From: Bacteroidota bacterium
Lineage (GTDB): Bacteria > Bacteroidota > Rhodothermia > Rhodothermales > UBA10348
Direction: 5' to 3'
NCBI GenBank assembly: GCA_029262775.1
Contig: JAJCYR010000005.1
Coordinates: 3,183 to 67,182 of the forward strand
Length of the DNA stretch: 64,000 nt
Shown here: positions 16,193 to 25,089 of the stretch, in pieces
How the letters are laid out: the number at the start of each line of letters is the position of its first letter
Position numbering within the stretch: the first letter of the stretch is position 1
Notes under the pieces: model-generated
What the model was told of the DNA's origin: nothing
What the model saw: only the letters and a program-made list of their open reading frames with translations
The model's database searches: none
Position numbers and translations under genes: made by a program

Positions 16193-18864
16193 GATAGCGG
16201 GATGCTGGATGAGGTACGGGCAGCCGGATTGGTCGATGCCGTGTCCCGGCGGCGCGCATCGCGAAGGGTGCGCACGAGAAGGCGCAGGCTGTCGGGCCGG
16301 AAGCCGCGCTGGCGATTGGCGCTTCCAATTCGGAAAGCCAGCGTCCACTGGGTCATGAGCGTGTACCACGCCCTGAAGAGGGAGATCTCTGGGTCGTATA
16401 TGTGTGTTGCTTCTGAGGACACGCCGTTCAGTTCAAGGATTTTGAATCCGTCACCATGGACGAGACGGTCGGGGTCGGGCACCCGAATATCGTATCGACC
16501 GAAAAAGAAACCGTCTGTCTGACGGGATATCCGGTCAATCGTTTCCAAGAAGACGGGGTTCATGTGGCGGCGGCCATTGAGGAAGAGCGCGCCGCGGGAG
16601 TGGGTGCCGACTTCGGCGAGAGGGATTCTTGTGCCCTTGTCAAAGACGTGACCGAGGTCGGAGGAGAACCGCTTCATGAAGAGAGGCGCCATGCTGACGG
16701 CGCGCTCGTGATCGAGAATGAGCCGTTCGAGGGTGCGGCGTCCATCGGCGCGCAGCCAGACGGGGCGCTTTTCGGTGACGGAGAAGATCCGGCCGGAGGG
16801 CTGGCCGGGCTCGCGCACGTAAAAAACGCCGAGTTCGAGGCCGTCCACGAACTCCTGGGCAATGATGTCGTCCTCGTGGCAGGTGAAATACTGGTCAACG
16901 TCGGCCTGGGTGCGGGCAATCCAGACGCCCTGGCCCCGCTCGCCGATGTCGGGTTTGAGTACAATGGGGAAGGACAGGCCGTGCTGCTCGATAAAGGCCA
17001 TGACGCGCCCCGTCCGGTCGTTGGCCGCCCCGGGAATGAGCCGCCAGATGGCGACGTGCTGCTCGCTGTGGTGCAGGAGTTCCAGGATATCCCGCTTCCG
17101 TTCGCCCAGGAAGCCACCGGTGAACATGCCGGGATTGGATGCAGTGAAGAGGGTCAGGGAGCGGTACCGGATGGCAACGAGCAGTATCCAGACGACGACG
17201 GGGGCGTAGAAGATGGGTATCGGCCAGAATTCCCACCGCGAAATGCGGTGCCAGCGGGAGAGGAGCCGGCGCCGGCCGTTGTGCGTCGTGAGCGGGATGC
17301 CAATGTGGATGGTCAGGTAGAGCACGACCACGAGGACGACGAGCATCCAGATCGCGTAGGCTTCGTAGGTGGCGTAGAAATCGAGGATTTCCGTCCCGGC
17401 CCACGCCGAGAGTCCCGTGATGAGGGGTGTCCAGACAATGGCCGCCGCCGTGAAGTATCCCAGGAAAATCCAAAAGGGCGTTCGCAGTATCCCGGCGGCG
17501 ACGTACGTGGGAAGGCGCGTACCCGGCACGAACCGGCTGGCCAGAATGACGTGAGGTCCTTTTTCCCGGAACCAGCTGGCGCCGCGGTCGAGTTGGGCCT
17601 CCGTGAGCATCCAGGAAAACGGGGGAATGGCGAGCAGTCGACGTCCCAGCAGGCGCCCGGCGGCATAGAGGGCCACGTCGCCGATCACAATACCGAGGAA
17701 GGCGGCGAGGAGCGCCAGTTCGATGGACATGGTCCCGCGTGCGGCCAGGAGACCGGCTCCGATGGCCGAAAGGTCCTCACTCACGAAGGATATGAAAATG
17801 ATGAGCACGACCAGAATGAACAGGGCGAAGCCCGAAGAGGGGGGGACGCTCGTGGCGTCGAACGGGCGCTCGGCGGCGCGTATGCGCTCTGGTAGGGCTG
17901 TGGCGCGGGTCGGCGCCTCCTGGCGCTCGACCCGCGCCACAAACCTCGCAATGTGTCCGGCCGTCATTTCGGCTTCCTGGAAGGGTAGACCATGACCAAG
18001 GGACTCGAGGCTCACGAGCTCACTCTGTGGCACAATGCGGTGGTGTTCCAGCGCGGCTTCATAGGGCACGAGTGGATCGTCCACGCCGTGGATGATCTGC
18101 ATGGGCCCTTCCCAGGCCATGAGGTACTTCCGCAGTGGCCGCTGGTCCGAGTCGTAGAAGTTCCGGGCGTAGGATCTGCCCAGAATGGCATTGTCAAACC
18201 ATCCGAAGTGCGGTACCAGTTCGGAGACGGTCCAGATGGCGGCGAGCTGCAGGGCATGAATTGCTCTGTTCATGTGGTATGTACCCATCAACTCCAATTC
18301 CTGCACGCCGATCGCCGAAAGGAGCTGGACAGAGGCCACGCGGTCGGGAGACTCGTGTGCGGCCTCTATGGCGATGCCGCCGCCCATACTGTACCCCACG
18401 ATGTGTGCCCTGCGAATACCCAGCGAGTCCTGCAGTGCCATCAGGTAGCGCGCGTGGGCCGCAATGGAGTAGTCGTCAATGCGTAGGGTTGACCCTCCAA
18501 AACCTGGCATATCGGGCGTAATAACGCGAAAACGGCCATCCTCGGAGAGCGCCCTGTGGAGGGCCCGCATGGAGCGGGATGCAACCGGGCTGCCGTGCAA
18601 CACGAAGAGTACCGGCCGGGCCGAGTTGCCAGCCGCAGAAGTATCCGGCAGCGAATGGCCAGGCGCCGAATCGAGATAGGCAATGCGTACGGGCTTGGCG
18701 CCCGGCCGCGGCCGGGCCATGCGCACGTACTGATCATCGAGGGGACCGGGATCGTTCTGCGTCCAACGCGTCACATGTGATGCTGCGAGCAGCACCAACC
18801 AGGCTATGAAAAGTCGCCCCGTGAGCCGCCGCAGGCGACCCGTGGATGCCGCCTGTTTCGTCAA
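16189..18864 (-). CDS. Triple-fusion protein: alpha/beta hydrolase, DedA/VTT membrane domain, ATP-grasp ligase
   Basis: N-terminal anchor, then a hydrolase (HGSPVAS..., nucleophile elbow GYSMGG), a DedA-like region (SEDLSAIGAGLLAARG...ASRFVPGTRLP) with further TM helices, and a C-terminal ATP-grasp (IVLKPDIGERGQGV...EFVDG...ILELNG). TTG start lies 2 nt after the DinB stop. Confidence 0.75.
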   Translation of the reverse strand: MTKQAASTGRLRRLTGRLFIAWLVLLAASHVTRWTQNDPGPLDDQYVRMARPRPGAKPVRIAYLDSAPGHSLPDTSAAGNSARPVLFVLHGSPVASRSMRALHRALSEDGRFRVITPDMPGFGGSTLRIDDYSIAAHARYLMALQDSLGIRRAHIVGYSMGGGIAIEAAHESPDRVASVQLLSAIGVQELELMGTYHMNRAIHALQLAAIWTVSELVPHFGWFDNAILGRSYARNFYDSDQRPLRKYLMAWEGPMQIIHGVDDPLVPYEAALEHHRIVPQSELVSLESLGHGLPFQEAEMTAGHIARFVARVERQEAPTRATALPERIRAAERPFDATSVPPSSGFALFILVVLIIFISFVSEDLSAIGAGLLAARGTMSIELALLAAFLGIVIGDVALYAAGRLLGRRLLAIPPFSWMLTEAQLDRGASWFREKGPHVILASRFVPGTRLPTYVAAGILRTPFWIFLGYFTAAAIVWTPLITGLSAWAGTEILDFYATYEAYAIWMLVVLVVVLYLTIHIGIPLTTHNGRRRLLSRWHRISRWEFWPIPIFYAPVVVWILLVAIRYRSLTLFTASNPGMFTGGFLGERKRDILELLHHSEQHVAIWRLIPGAANDRTGRVMAFIEQHGLSFPIVLKPDIGERGQGVWIARTQADVDQYFTCHEDDIIAQEFVDGLELGVFYVREPGQPSGRIFSVTEKRPVWLRADGRRTLERLILDHERAVSMAPLFMKRFSSDLGHVFDKGTRIPLAEVGTHSRGALFLNGRRHMNPVFLETIDRISRQTDGFFFGRYDIRVPDPDRLVHGDGFKILELNGVSSEATHIYDPEISLFRAWYTLMTQWTLAFRIGSANRQRGFRPDSLRLLVRTLRDARRRDTASTNPAARTSSSIPLS

Positions 18865-18866
18865 AA

Positions 18867-19421
18867 TCAGGGCCTGTTGACTCTTTGTGGTACGTGGCTG
18901 CCCGTGATCGTTTTCGAGCGATGCTGCAGCGTGGACGGTGCCACGCCAAAATCCGGCGTTGGCTCAACGCCCTGGATACGGAGAATGAGGGCGATCAGGG
19001 CATAATGATGGATGGTGTGGGCCTGGAGATATTGCAACTCCCGTTTGATGGTGGAGTCGGACAGGGGGGAATCATTTTCTGGGGCGTTTGAGGCGGCCAT
19101 TTTGATCTCGAGGGGAGCGTCGACGGTGCTCATGGCATCGAGATCATGAATGATGCCTTCCATGATGTCCATGGCGCTCTCGCGGCTCGATGAAATCCTG
19201 GGGTCGCGTTTCCGGGCGTCATAGTCAACATGACCAGAGGCGAGGCCCTCCATGAACAGCTGATAATGCTCCACGATATGGCGCATGTGCTCGCCAACGC
19301 CAGACGGGAAAAGCGTGGCGTGCGTGGCTGTGTACTCGGCATCGGTAAGCGAGGCGAGGAGGTCAATGCCCTGCCAGAGGTGTAGCTGGTTAAGGGCTGC
19401 GAGTGTGTCTGTGCGCTTCAT
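18867..19421 (-). CDS. DinB-fold (DinB_2-like) protein
   Basis: Four-helix pattern with spaced His residues (HMRHIVEHY...HTIHHYALI). ATGA overlap with the upstream gene. Confidence 0.65.
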   Translation of the reverse strand: MKRTDTLAALNQLHLWQGIDLLASLTDAEYTATHATLFPSGVGEHMRHIVEHYQLFMEGLASGHVDYDARKRDPRISSSRESAMDIMEGIIHDLDAMSTVDAPLEIKMAASNAPENDSPLSDSTIKRELQYLQAHTIHHYALIALILRIQGVEPTPDFGVAPSTLQHRSKTITGSHVPQRVNRP

Positions 19422-20188
19422 CTGGCTTGCGTTGTGGGTGCCTGCAAATATAGCTCTTCTACGGAACGGAAAGCGGCGATCGACAACGTTTTACGGTCTG
19501 CCGGCTCAATGGGTGCGCTCCCGTAGCGGATACGTGCATTGAAGCGGGAAAACGTTAGCACGCGCCAAATATGTTCTCCGAACGACATGTCACCCCACCA
19601 GCAGAGGTCTATCGTGGCATCGCCGCCCGGCAGGTCGTAGGATATGGCGGCGGTGTGGACGGGCAGCCCCAATTCTGCCGGTACGGACATGAGCGGCGCC
19701 TTGAAGGGGAGCACGCTTGCCCCGGACGATGATGTGCCCTCCGGAAAGAATACGATGCCGTCGCCATCCGCAAGCACGCTTCGCATGTCGTCAGTGACGC
19801 GCGGAATGTCCCGAATGCGGGAGCGCTCTATGAAGATCGTCCCGAAGGTCTGTGCCAACCAACCAATGCCCGGCCAGTGGGCCAGGTCGGCGCGCGATAC
19901 CAGACGGGCTTTGGCGGTGGCTATGACCACCAGGATATCCAGGTAGCCGAGGTGGTTTGCCACAAGGCAGAAGGGGGGCTCGGGCGGGGACCCGCCGACA
20001 TGCAACCGGCCGCCCATGATGCGAAGCAGACCGCGCGCCCAGCACCCGGTAATTGTATGGCGCCACGTGACGCGTCCGTGAACGGTCCTGTGTTTGAACA
20101 CACGACCAATCCACCATGTCAGGGTGAGGAAAAAGGTGACCAGGACCATGGCAACCATCCGGCCGCCCGCCCGCACATGCTTGATCAT
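19418..20188 (-). CDS. Lysolipid acyltransferase (PlsC/LPLAT family, OlsA-like)
   Basis: HX4D motif ANHLGYLD, FPEGT motif and an N-terminal TM helix. ATGA overlaps on both sides. Confidence 0.8.
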   Translation of the reverse strand: MIKHVRAGGRMVAMVLVTFFLTLTWWIGRVFKHRTVHGRVTWRHTITGCWARGLLRIMGGRLHVGGSPPEPPFCLVANHLGYLDILVVIATAKARLVSRADLAHWPGIGWLAQTFGTIFIERSRIRDIPRVTDDMRSVLADGDGIVFFPEGTSSSGASVLPFKAPLMSVPAELGLPVHTAAISYDLPGGDATIDLCWWGDMSFGEHIWRVLTFSRFNARIRYGSAPIEPADRKTLSIAAFRSVEELYLQAPTTQAR

Positions 20189-20988
20189 GAAATGGTATAG
20201 AACGCCAAGTCGGACTGCTGCAGACTCTTCACGTCGAAGAGAGCAAGGAAATCTATTGTCTTGAATTCCGTATCCATGGCCGGAGGTCCACAGATGCGGG
20301 CTCCAAAACTAAGGTACGCGCGCATGAGGCGTGGGGGACGGATGGGCGGGAGCGTGGATCCCTCGGGAATTTCATTACAACAGGCGTAATCGGGCTGTGG
20401 CAGAATGCAGAGATCAGGGTGCATGTGCCCGTGCTCCTTCAAATAGGCGAGCGTGGCGCTGCCTTCCCGAGGATCCTGGCTTGTGATCGAACAGCAGCCA
20501 AAAAGGAAGCGTGAGCCTGTTGTCTGCAGGTAGTAACCGATTCCCTTCCAGAGTAGATAGAGTACCCTGAGACTCCGGTGCTCACGTAGAATACAGGCTC
20601 GACCTGTTTCCACACTTGTATCCAGTATCGATGGCGGAACGTTCGAAAAAATAAACTCGTTTTCGGAATACCATCCCTGGCCGCGGTGGGCCATGGTCGA
20701 GGTCTGCATCCGGTATGTACCGACCACGCGTCCGGATGGAACGTGACGGACGTAGAGGTGGTGGAACACATCGTCGTACTGGTCGATGTCTCGGCCCGTC
20801 TCGTGCGACGCGTCCAGACCTTCGTTCAGTTCCAGATTGAACACATGGTAGCGAAGCTCCTGAACGGCATGGAGGTCTTCCCGAGAGTGCACCCATCCCA
20901 GTTCGTACGCGCCATTGACGAACGTCCGCTCGGGAGCGGTGCTTTCGGGTGACCTCAGGCCAGTAGATATGTCGGGCTGTGCGTTCAT
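20185..20988 (-). CDS. GNAT-family N-acyltransferase, OlsB/GlsB-like
   Basis: LRYHVFNLELNEG...DQYDDVFHHLYV...VVGTYRM...ETGRACILREHR...PRLMRAYLSFGA matches the Acetyltransf_5-type lipid N-acyltransferase pattern. Confidence 0.75.
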   Translation of the reverse strand: MNAQPDISTGLRSPESTAPERTFVNGAYELGWVHSREDLHAVQELRYHVFNLELNEGLDASHETGRDIDQYDDVFHHLYVRHVPSGRVVGTYRMQTSTMAHRGQGWYSENEFIFSNVPPSILDTSVETGRACILREHRSLRVLYLLWKGIGYYLQTTGSRFLFGCCSITSQDPREGSATLAYLKEHGHMHPDLCILPQPDYACCNEIPEGSTLPPIRPPRLMRAYLSFGARICGPPAMDTEFKTIDFLALFDVKSLQQSDLAFYTIS

Positions 20989-21051
20989 GACCGTGTTTAA
21001 CGTATACTACGTACGCTTTGTTGTCATCAGCATAATCAATACGTAAAGATC

Positions 21052-21417
21052 ATGTCGGACGTCACGCTTTTCACGTGGAATGAGATGCCCAAGGAAGACT
21101 TGTCACCCCTGATATCGCGCCGCCTGGTGAGTGGTGAGCGCATGATGTTGGCGCATGTCTACCTCAAAAAAGGCAGTATTGTACCGCGGCACCAACATGA
21201 CAACGAGCAGATCACCTATATCCTGGAGGGCGCCCTCCGCTTTTTTATTGGCGAAAACGGAGACCAGATAGTTGATGTGCGCGCCGGGCAGGTTCTTCTT
21301 ATTCCTTCCAACGTGTGGCATAAGGCGGAAGCGCTCGAAGACACGCTCGATGTGGATGTGTTCAGCCCACCGCGCCAGGATTGGCTCGACGGTTCGGACG
21401 CATATCTTCGGGGATGA
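21052..21417 (+). CDS. Cupin domain protein
   Basis: Cupin motifs PRHQHDNEQITYILEG and LIPSNVWH. Confidence 0.75.
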   Translation: MSDVTLFTWNEMPKEDLSPLISRRLVSGERMMLAHVYLKKGSIVPRHQHDNEQITYILEGALRFFIGENGDQIVDVRAGQVLLIPSNVWHKAEALEDTLDVDVFSPPRQDWLDGSDAYLRG

Positions 21418-21441
21418 CCAGGCGCACGTGTCAACACGCCT

Positions 21442-22071
21442 CTAAAAGGCCCCACCCTTCAGTGAGCGCAAATAGTTCTTGAAGCCGGGCTTGTTGTAGT
21501 TGGCCATGCCCGAATGGACGGTCCCGAGCGTGCCATCCGAACCGATGACATAGGTCGTTGGCAGCACACGACTGGTATAGGGCTCAGGAAGTGGGGAGGC
21601 AAGGCGGTAGACCGGCAGCGTGTATCCCTTCTGCTGCATGAAGACCCGTGCTTCCTGCGCCGTATCGTCCGTGGAAATCATCACAAAAATAATATCTTCC
21701 TCCTTGACATCCTGGTAAAGGTCCTCAATGAAGGGCATTTCGGCCAGGCAGGGGGGGCACCAGGTGGCCCAGATATTCATGAAAATGGGCTTTCCCCTGA
21801 ATTCCGACAGCGAGACGTGCTCGCCGTCCAAGGTGACCAACTCGACGTCGAAATTGGCAGGCTGCCGGTTCTCCTCCGCCCAGTTCACGTCTGCCTGGAA
21901 CAGTCCGGTTGCCAGGACGGCCTGTTGCAACCAGCCTTGTGCCGTCGTTCCCGTGTCGGTGAACCGGAAAAAGGCAAAAATGCCGATTACCACCGCCCAC
22001 TCGGCCAGACTGCGCAGCTTGGAACGGCGCTTTGGAGAGGGTTTCTGCTTCTTGTTTTCCGTACGGGTCAC
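21442..22071 (-). CDS. TlpA-family thiol:disulfide oxidoreductase, membrane anchored
   Basis: WATWCPPC active site. I place the start at GTG 22071 because the listed N-terminus (to 22143) is encoded by the repeat arm. Confidence 0.75.
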   Translation of the reverse strand: MTRTENKKQKPSPKRRSKLRSLAEWAVVIGIFAFFRFTDTGTTAQGWLQQAVLATGLFQADVNWAEENRQPANFDVELVTLDGEHVSLSEFRGKPIFMNIWATWCPPCLAEMPFIEDLYQDVKEEDIIFVMISTDDTAQEARVFMQQKGYTLPVYRLASPLPEPYTSRVLPTTYVIGSDGTLGTVHSGMANYNKPGFKNYLRSLKGGAF

Positions 22072-22084
22072 GTGTCTCTTTTTT

Positions 22085-22377
22085 AGAAGGCTGTTGAATA
22101 AGTAGAGGGTCTCTCGAACGAGGGTCTTACGCGGTGCAGACAAGGAAGGGCGACGACGCGATGCCGTAGCATCGTGGAGGAGCCATGACGAACGTATGCG
22201 CCCGTAACCCCCTCGTTCCCTTCGGGTTCGGGCGGCATGACAACATCTTCCGCGTTGTCCCTTCTATGCGTAGCTATGGCTATGCAGACGTCGGGACGCC
22301 TTGAAGAGGCCGGGTATCCGGCCGTGTTGTCATGGCGCTCCGAACGAGAGCGCCCTCTACTTGTTCAACAGCCTTCT
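22085..22377. mobile_element. MITE-like non-autonomous element, copy 1 (~293 bp)
   Basis: Terminal inverted repeats agaaggctgttgaataagtagag (22085-22107) and ctctacttgttcaacagccttct (22355-22377), each with a subterminal hairpin. The internal ~70-nt core is shared with copy 2. Confidence 0.5.
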
Positions 22378-22457
22378 GGTGCACGCCCCTTGGATTTCGA
22401 CGACGCACTCATGTTACGCAGCGCCCGGCGCGTTCATGCGGCGCATGGTCACATCGC

Positions 22458-23279
22458 TCAGATTTCGAACGTCATTCCTTCGAATGCGGCCGTGCAGGCG
22501 ATATCCCCGCCGAGCGCCTCGCATGCAGCGAGGTGGAGTGCATCGATCTCCAGATCGCTTCGCTGGAAATCGTGGTGGAACAGGATCAAATGGCCTACCT
22601 GCGCATCGCGCGCCAGTTGGCACACATCCGGGAGGAAGCTGTGTCCCCAACCGGTGCGCTGCGCCCGCTCTTCGTCCAGGAACTGGGTATCGTGAACAAG
22701 TACGTCGGCCCCGCGGCAAAATTCGAGGAACGTACCGAAGGGGACGCCACCATGCTCCGCATCGAGTTCATTATCCGTCATGTAGACCATGCTGCGCCTG
22801 GGCCCCTGAATCCGGAATCCGAAACATGTACCGGTGTGGTTCATCTCCTGCCAGGACACGTGCAGGCCACGCTGGGACAATACGTCATCCATGCTGCGCC
22901 CATCCACACGTATATCGGCTTGGATGTCATCGCGGCACAGCGGAAAATGAATGCCGTCAAACTGCGACATGGCCTGTCGGCCAACGTCCGGTGCAGGCTC
23001 TGTCAGAAAAACGATCTGATTGCCTGGGCACATGAGCGGGGCAAAGAACGGGAGGCCCTGGATATGATCCCAGTGGGGATGAGAGAGGAGCACATAATAG
23101 GTGTGGGGCGGCTCGGGCGCTTCAAGGCCCATGGCCGCAAGGCCGGTACCGGCGTCAAGAATGAGTGTCGCACCGTCGTCAACGGAGATGGAGATACAGG
23201 ACGTGTTGCCGCCGTAGCGAACCGTGTGGGGGCCGGGTGCGGGCAGGGAGCCGCGCGCGCCCCAGATGTGCACCTTCAT
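22458..23279 (-). CDS. MBL-fold metallo-hydrolase
   Basis: SHPHWDHIQG (HxHxDH) and later His/Asp ligands. Confidence 0.8.
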   Translation of the reverse strand: MKVHIWGARGSLPAPGPHTVRYGGNTSCISISVDDGATLILDAGTGLAAMGLEAPEPPHTYYVLLSHPHWDHIQGLPFFAPLMCPGNQIVFLTEPAPDVGRQAMSQFDGIHFPLCRDDIQADIRVDGRSMDDVLSQRGLHVSWQEMNHTGTCFGFRIQGPRRSMVYMTDNELDAEHGGVPFGTFLEFCRGADVLVHDTQFLDEERAQRTGWGHSFLPDVCQLARDAQVGHLILFHHDFQRSDLEIDALHLAACEALGGDIACTAAFEGMTFEI

Positions 23280-23353
23280 GCGCCTGGAGTTTGAACGATA
23301 TCAAGGTAATAAGAAGCGGGGACAATCGGCAGGTTCATTCGTTCGGAGTCGGC

Positions 23354-24124
23354 ATGTTGTTCCACCGTATATACCGGAATGAACAGGTCCGGGATTGGGT
23401 TGTCTTCGTGCATGGCGCCGGGGGATCGTCCGTGGTCTGGTTCAAACAGATCAGGGCATTCCGCCCCTGGTTCAATATTCTCATGGTCGATCTGCGGGGC
23501 CACGGCCGGTCGGCCGCGTACGGTGGCAATGGCAGCCCGTACTCCCTCGAGGGTATTTCCAGTGATATCCTGGACGTCATGGACCACCACAGAATAATAG
23601 ACGCACATTTCGTCGGAGTTTCACTCGGTACGGTACTGATCCGCACGTTGCAGGAGCGTCATCCGACGCGTGTGCGTTCGGCCGTATATGCAGGGGCCGT
23701 GGTCGGGTTCACGGCGCCCGCACGTTTGCTGATTGCTGCCGGGCATTCGCTCAAATACATCGTTCCCTTCCAGGCTCTGTACGCGGTATTTGCCTGGATC
23801 ATCATGCCTGGCAGAAAGGCGCAGGAAGCGCGCAGGGTGTTCCGGCGGGAAGCCAGATCGGTCCGACCGGCCGAATTCCGGCGGTGGCTGCGCCTGACGC
23901 GCGAAGTGCATTCGAAACTGGCTGCCCGGTCCACGTTGGCGCGTAGCTCTCCGACCCTCTACGTCATGGGCGCGCGGGACTACCTGTTTCTGGCGCCGGC
24001 GCGCCGCGCCGTAGAGACCGATCCGTCCGCTGTACTCAATGTGGTGGAGCGGGCCGGTCACGTGTGTAATATCGAGCAGCCCGCGCTCTTCAACCGGATT
24101 GCTATCGCCTTCTTGAGACGGTGA
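23354..24124 (+). CDS. Alpha/beta hydrolase
   Basis: VVFVHGAGGS, nucleophile elbow GVSLG, C-terminal GHVCN. ATG at 23354. Confidence 0.8.
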   Translation: MLFHRIYRNEQVRDWVVFVHGAGGSSVVWFKQIRAFRPWFNILMVDLRGHGRSAAYGGNGSPYSLEGISSDILDVMDHHRIIDAHFVGVSLGTVLIRTLQERHPTRVRSAVYAGAVVGFTAPARLLIAAGHSLKYIVPFQALYAVFAWIIMPGRKAQEARRVFRREARSVRPAEFRRWLRLTREVHSKLAARSTLARSSPTLYVMGARDYLFLAPARRAVETDPSAVLNVVERAGHVCNIEQPALFNRIAIAFLRR

Positions 24125-25070
24125 ACTGCACCAGATTGTCGAGCGCGGTGCGGGCATCGCCCGGAGGGAGTGCTGTGAGCTCGCCGCGCGCCGCGTCCGC
24201 ATGGTGGATCATGCGTCCACGCGCATAGTCGAGGCCTCCATACTGCTTCACGAACGCCGCCACCTGCGCCACATCCCCATTCGATTTTTCCGACTTGCCG
24301 ACGAGCGCCAGTATGCGTCGGCGCTCACGGGACGGAGCTTCCCGAAGGGCGTGAATGAGCGGAAGCGTCATTTTTTTCTCCCGAATATCGATTCCAAGCG
24401 GTTTTCCAACGTCGGTCTGTCCAAAGTCGAACAGATCGTCACGAATCTGGAATGCCAGTCCGAGCTGCTCGCCGAATCGGCTCATGAGTTCGACCGTCTC
24501 CCCGTCGGCACGGACACTCACCGCGCCGCACCGCGTGCAGGCTGACAGCAACGAGGCGGTTTTGTCTGAAATAATACGAAAATACGTCTCCTCGTCGATG
24601 TCCAACTTCCGGGATTTCTCAATCTGCAGCAACTCTCCCTCGCTCATGCGCCTGACGGCATCGGACACCACGTGCAGCAGGTCGTACTCCCTGGCATCGA
24701 GCGCCAGGAGTAGCCCGCGGCTCAGCAGAAAGTCGCCCATCAGGACAGCAATCTTGTTCTTCCAGAGGGCATTGATCGAAAATACGCCCCGGCGCCGGTC
24801 GGCATCATCGACCACGTCGTCGTGCACCAGCGTTGCCGTATGCAGCAGTTCTACAAGCGCTGCTCCCTGATAGGTGGCACCGGTGACCTCGCCGCAGGCG
24901 TGAGCCGACAGCAGAACGAGAGTAGGACGAAGCTGTTTGCCCTTCTTGCGAAGCAGGTAGCGCACAATCAGATTCAGGATGCGGACGTCCGAACGCATGG
25001 CAGACCTGAAATAGGTCCTGAACTCGTCCAGTTCCGCTGAAACTGGTTGTTGGATGTCTTTCAGCGTCAT
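24102..25070 (-). CDS. ispB: Polyprenyl diphosphate synthase (octaprenyl/heptaprenyl type)
   Basis: DDxxD motifs LVHDDVVDDADRRRG and FQIRDDLFD. ATG at 25070. Confidence 0.88.
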   Translation of the reverse strand: MTLKDIQQPVSAELDEFRTYFRSAMRSDVRILNLIVRYLLRKKGKQLRPTLVLLSAHACGEVTGATYQGAALVELLHTATLVHDDVVDDADRRRGVFSINALWKNKIAVLMGDFLLSRGLLLALDAREYDLLHVVSDAVRRMSEGELLQIEKSRKLDIDEETYFRIISDKTASLLSACTRCGAVSVRADGETVELMSRFGEQLGLAFQIRDDLFDFGQTDVGKPLGIDIREKKMTLPLIHALREAPSRERRRILALVGKSEKSNGDVAQVAAFVKQYGGLDYARGRMIHHADAARGELTALPPGDARTALDNLVQFTVSRRR

Positions 25071-25089
25071 GCGCGATATACTCCGTCTT

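Noticed and set aside
16456-17895. 479-aa plus-strand ORF inside the fusion gene
   Set aside because: It is antisense to the DedA/ATP-grasp region, and its composition is dominated by G/E/D/R/P. The minus strand carries all the motifs.
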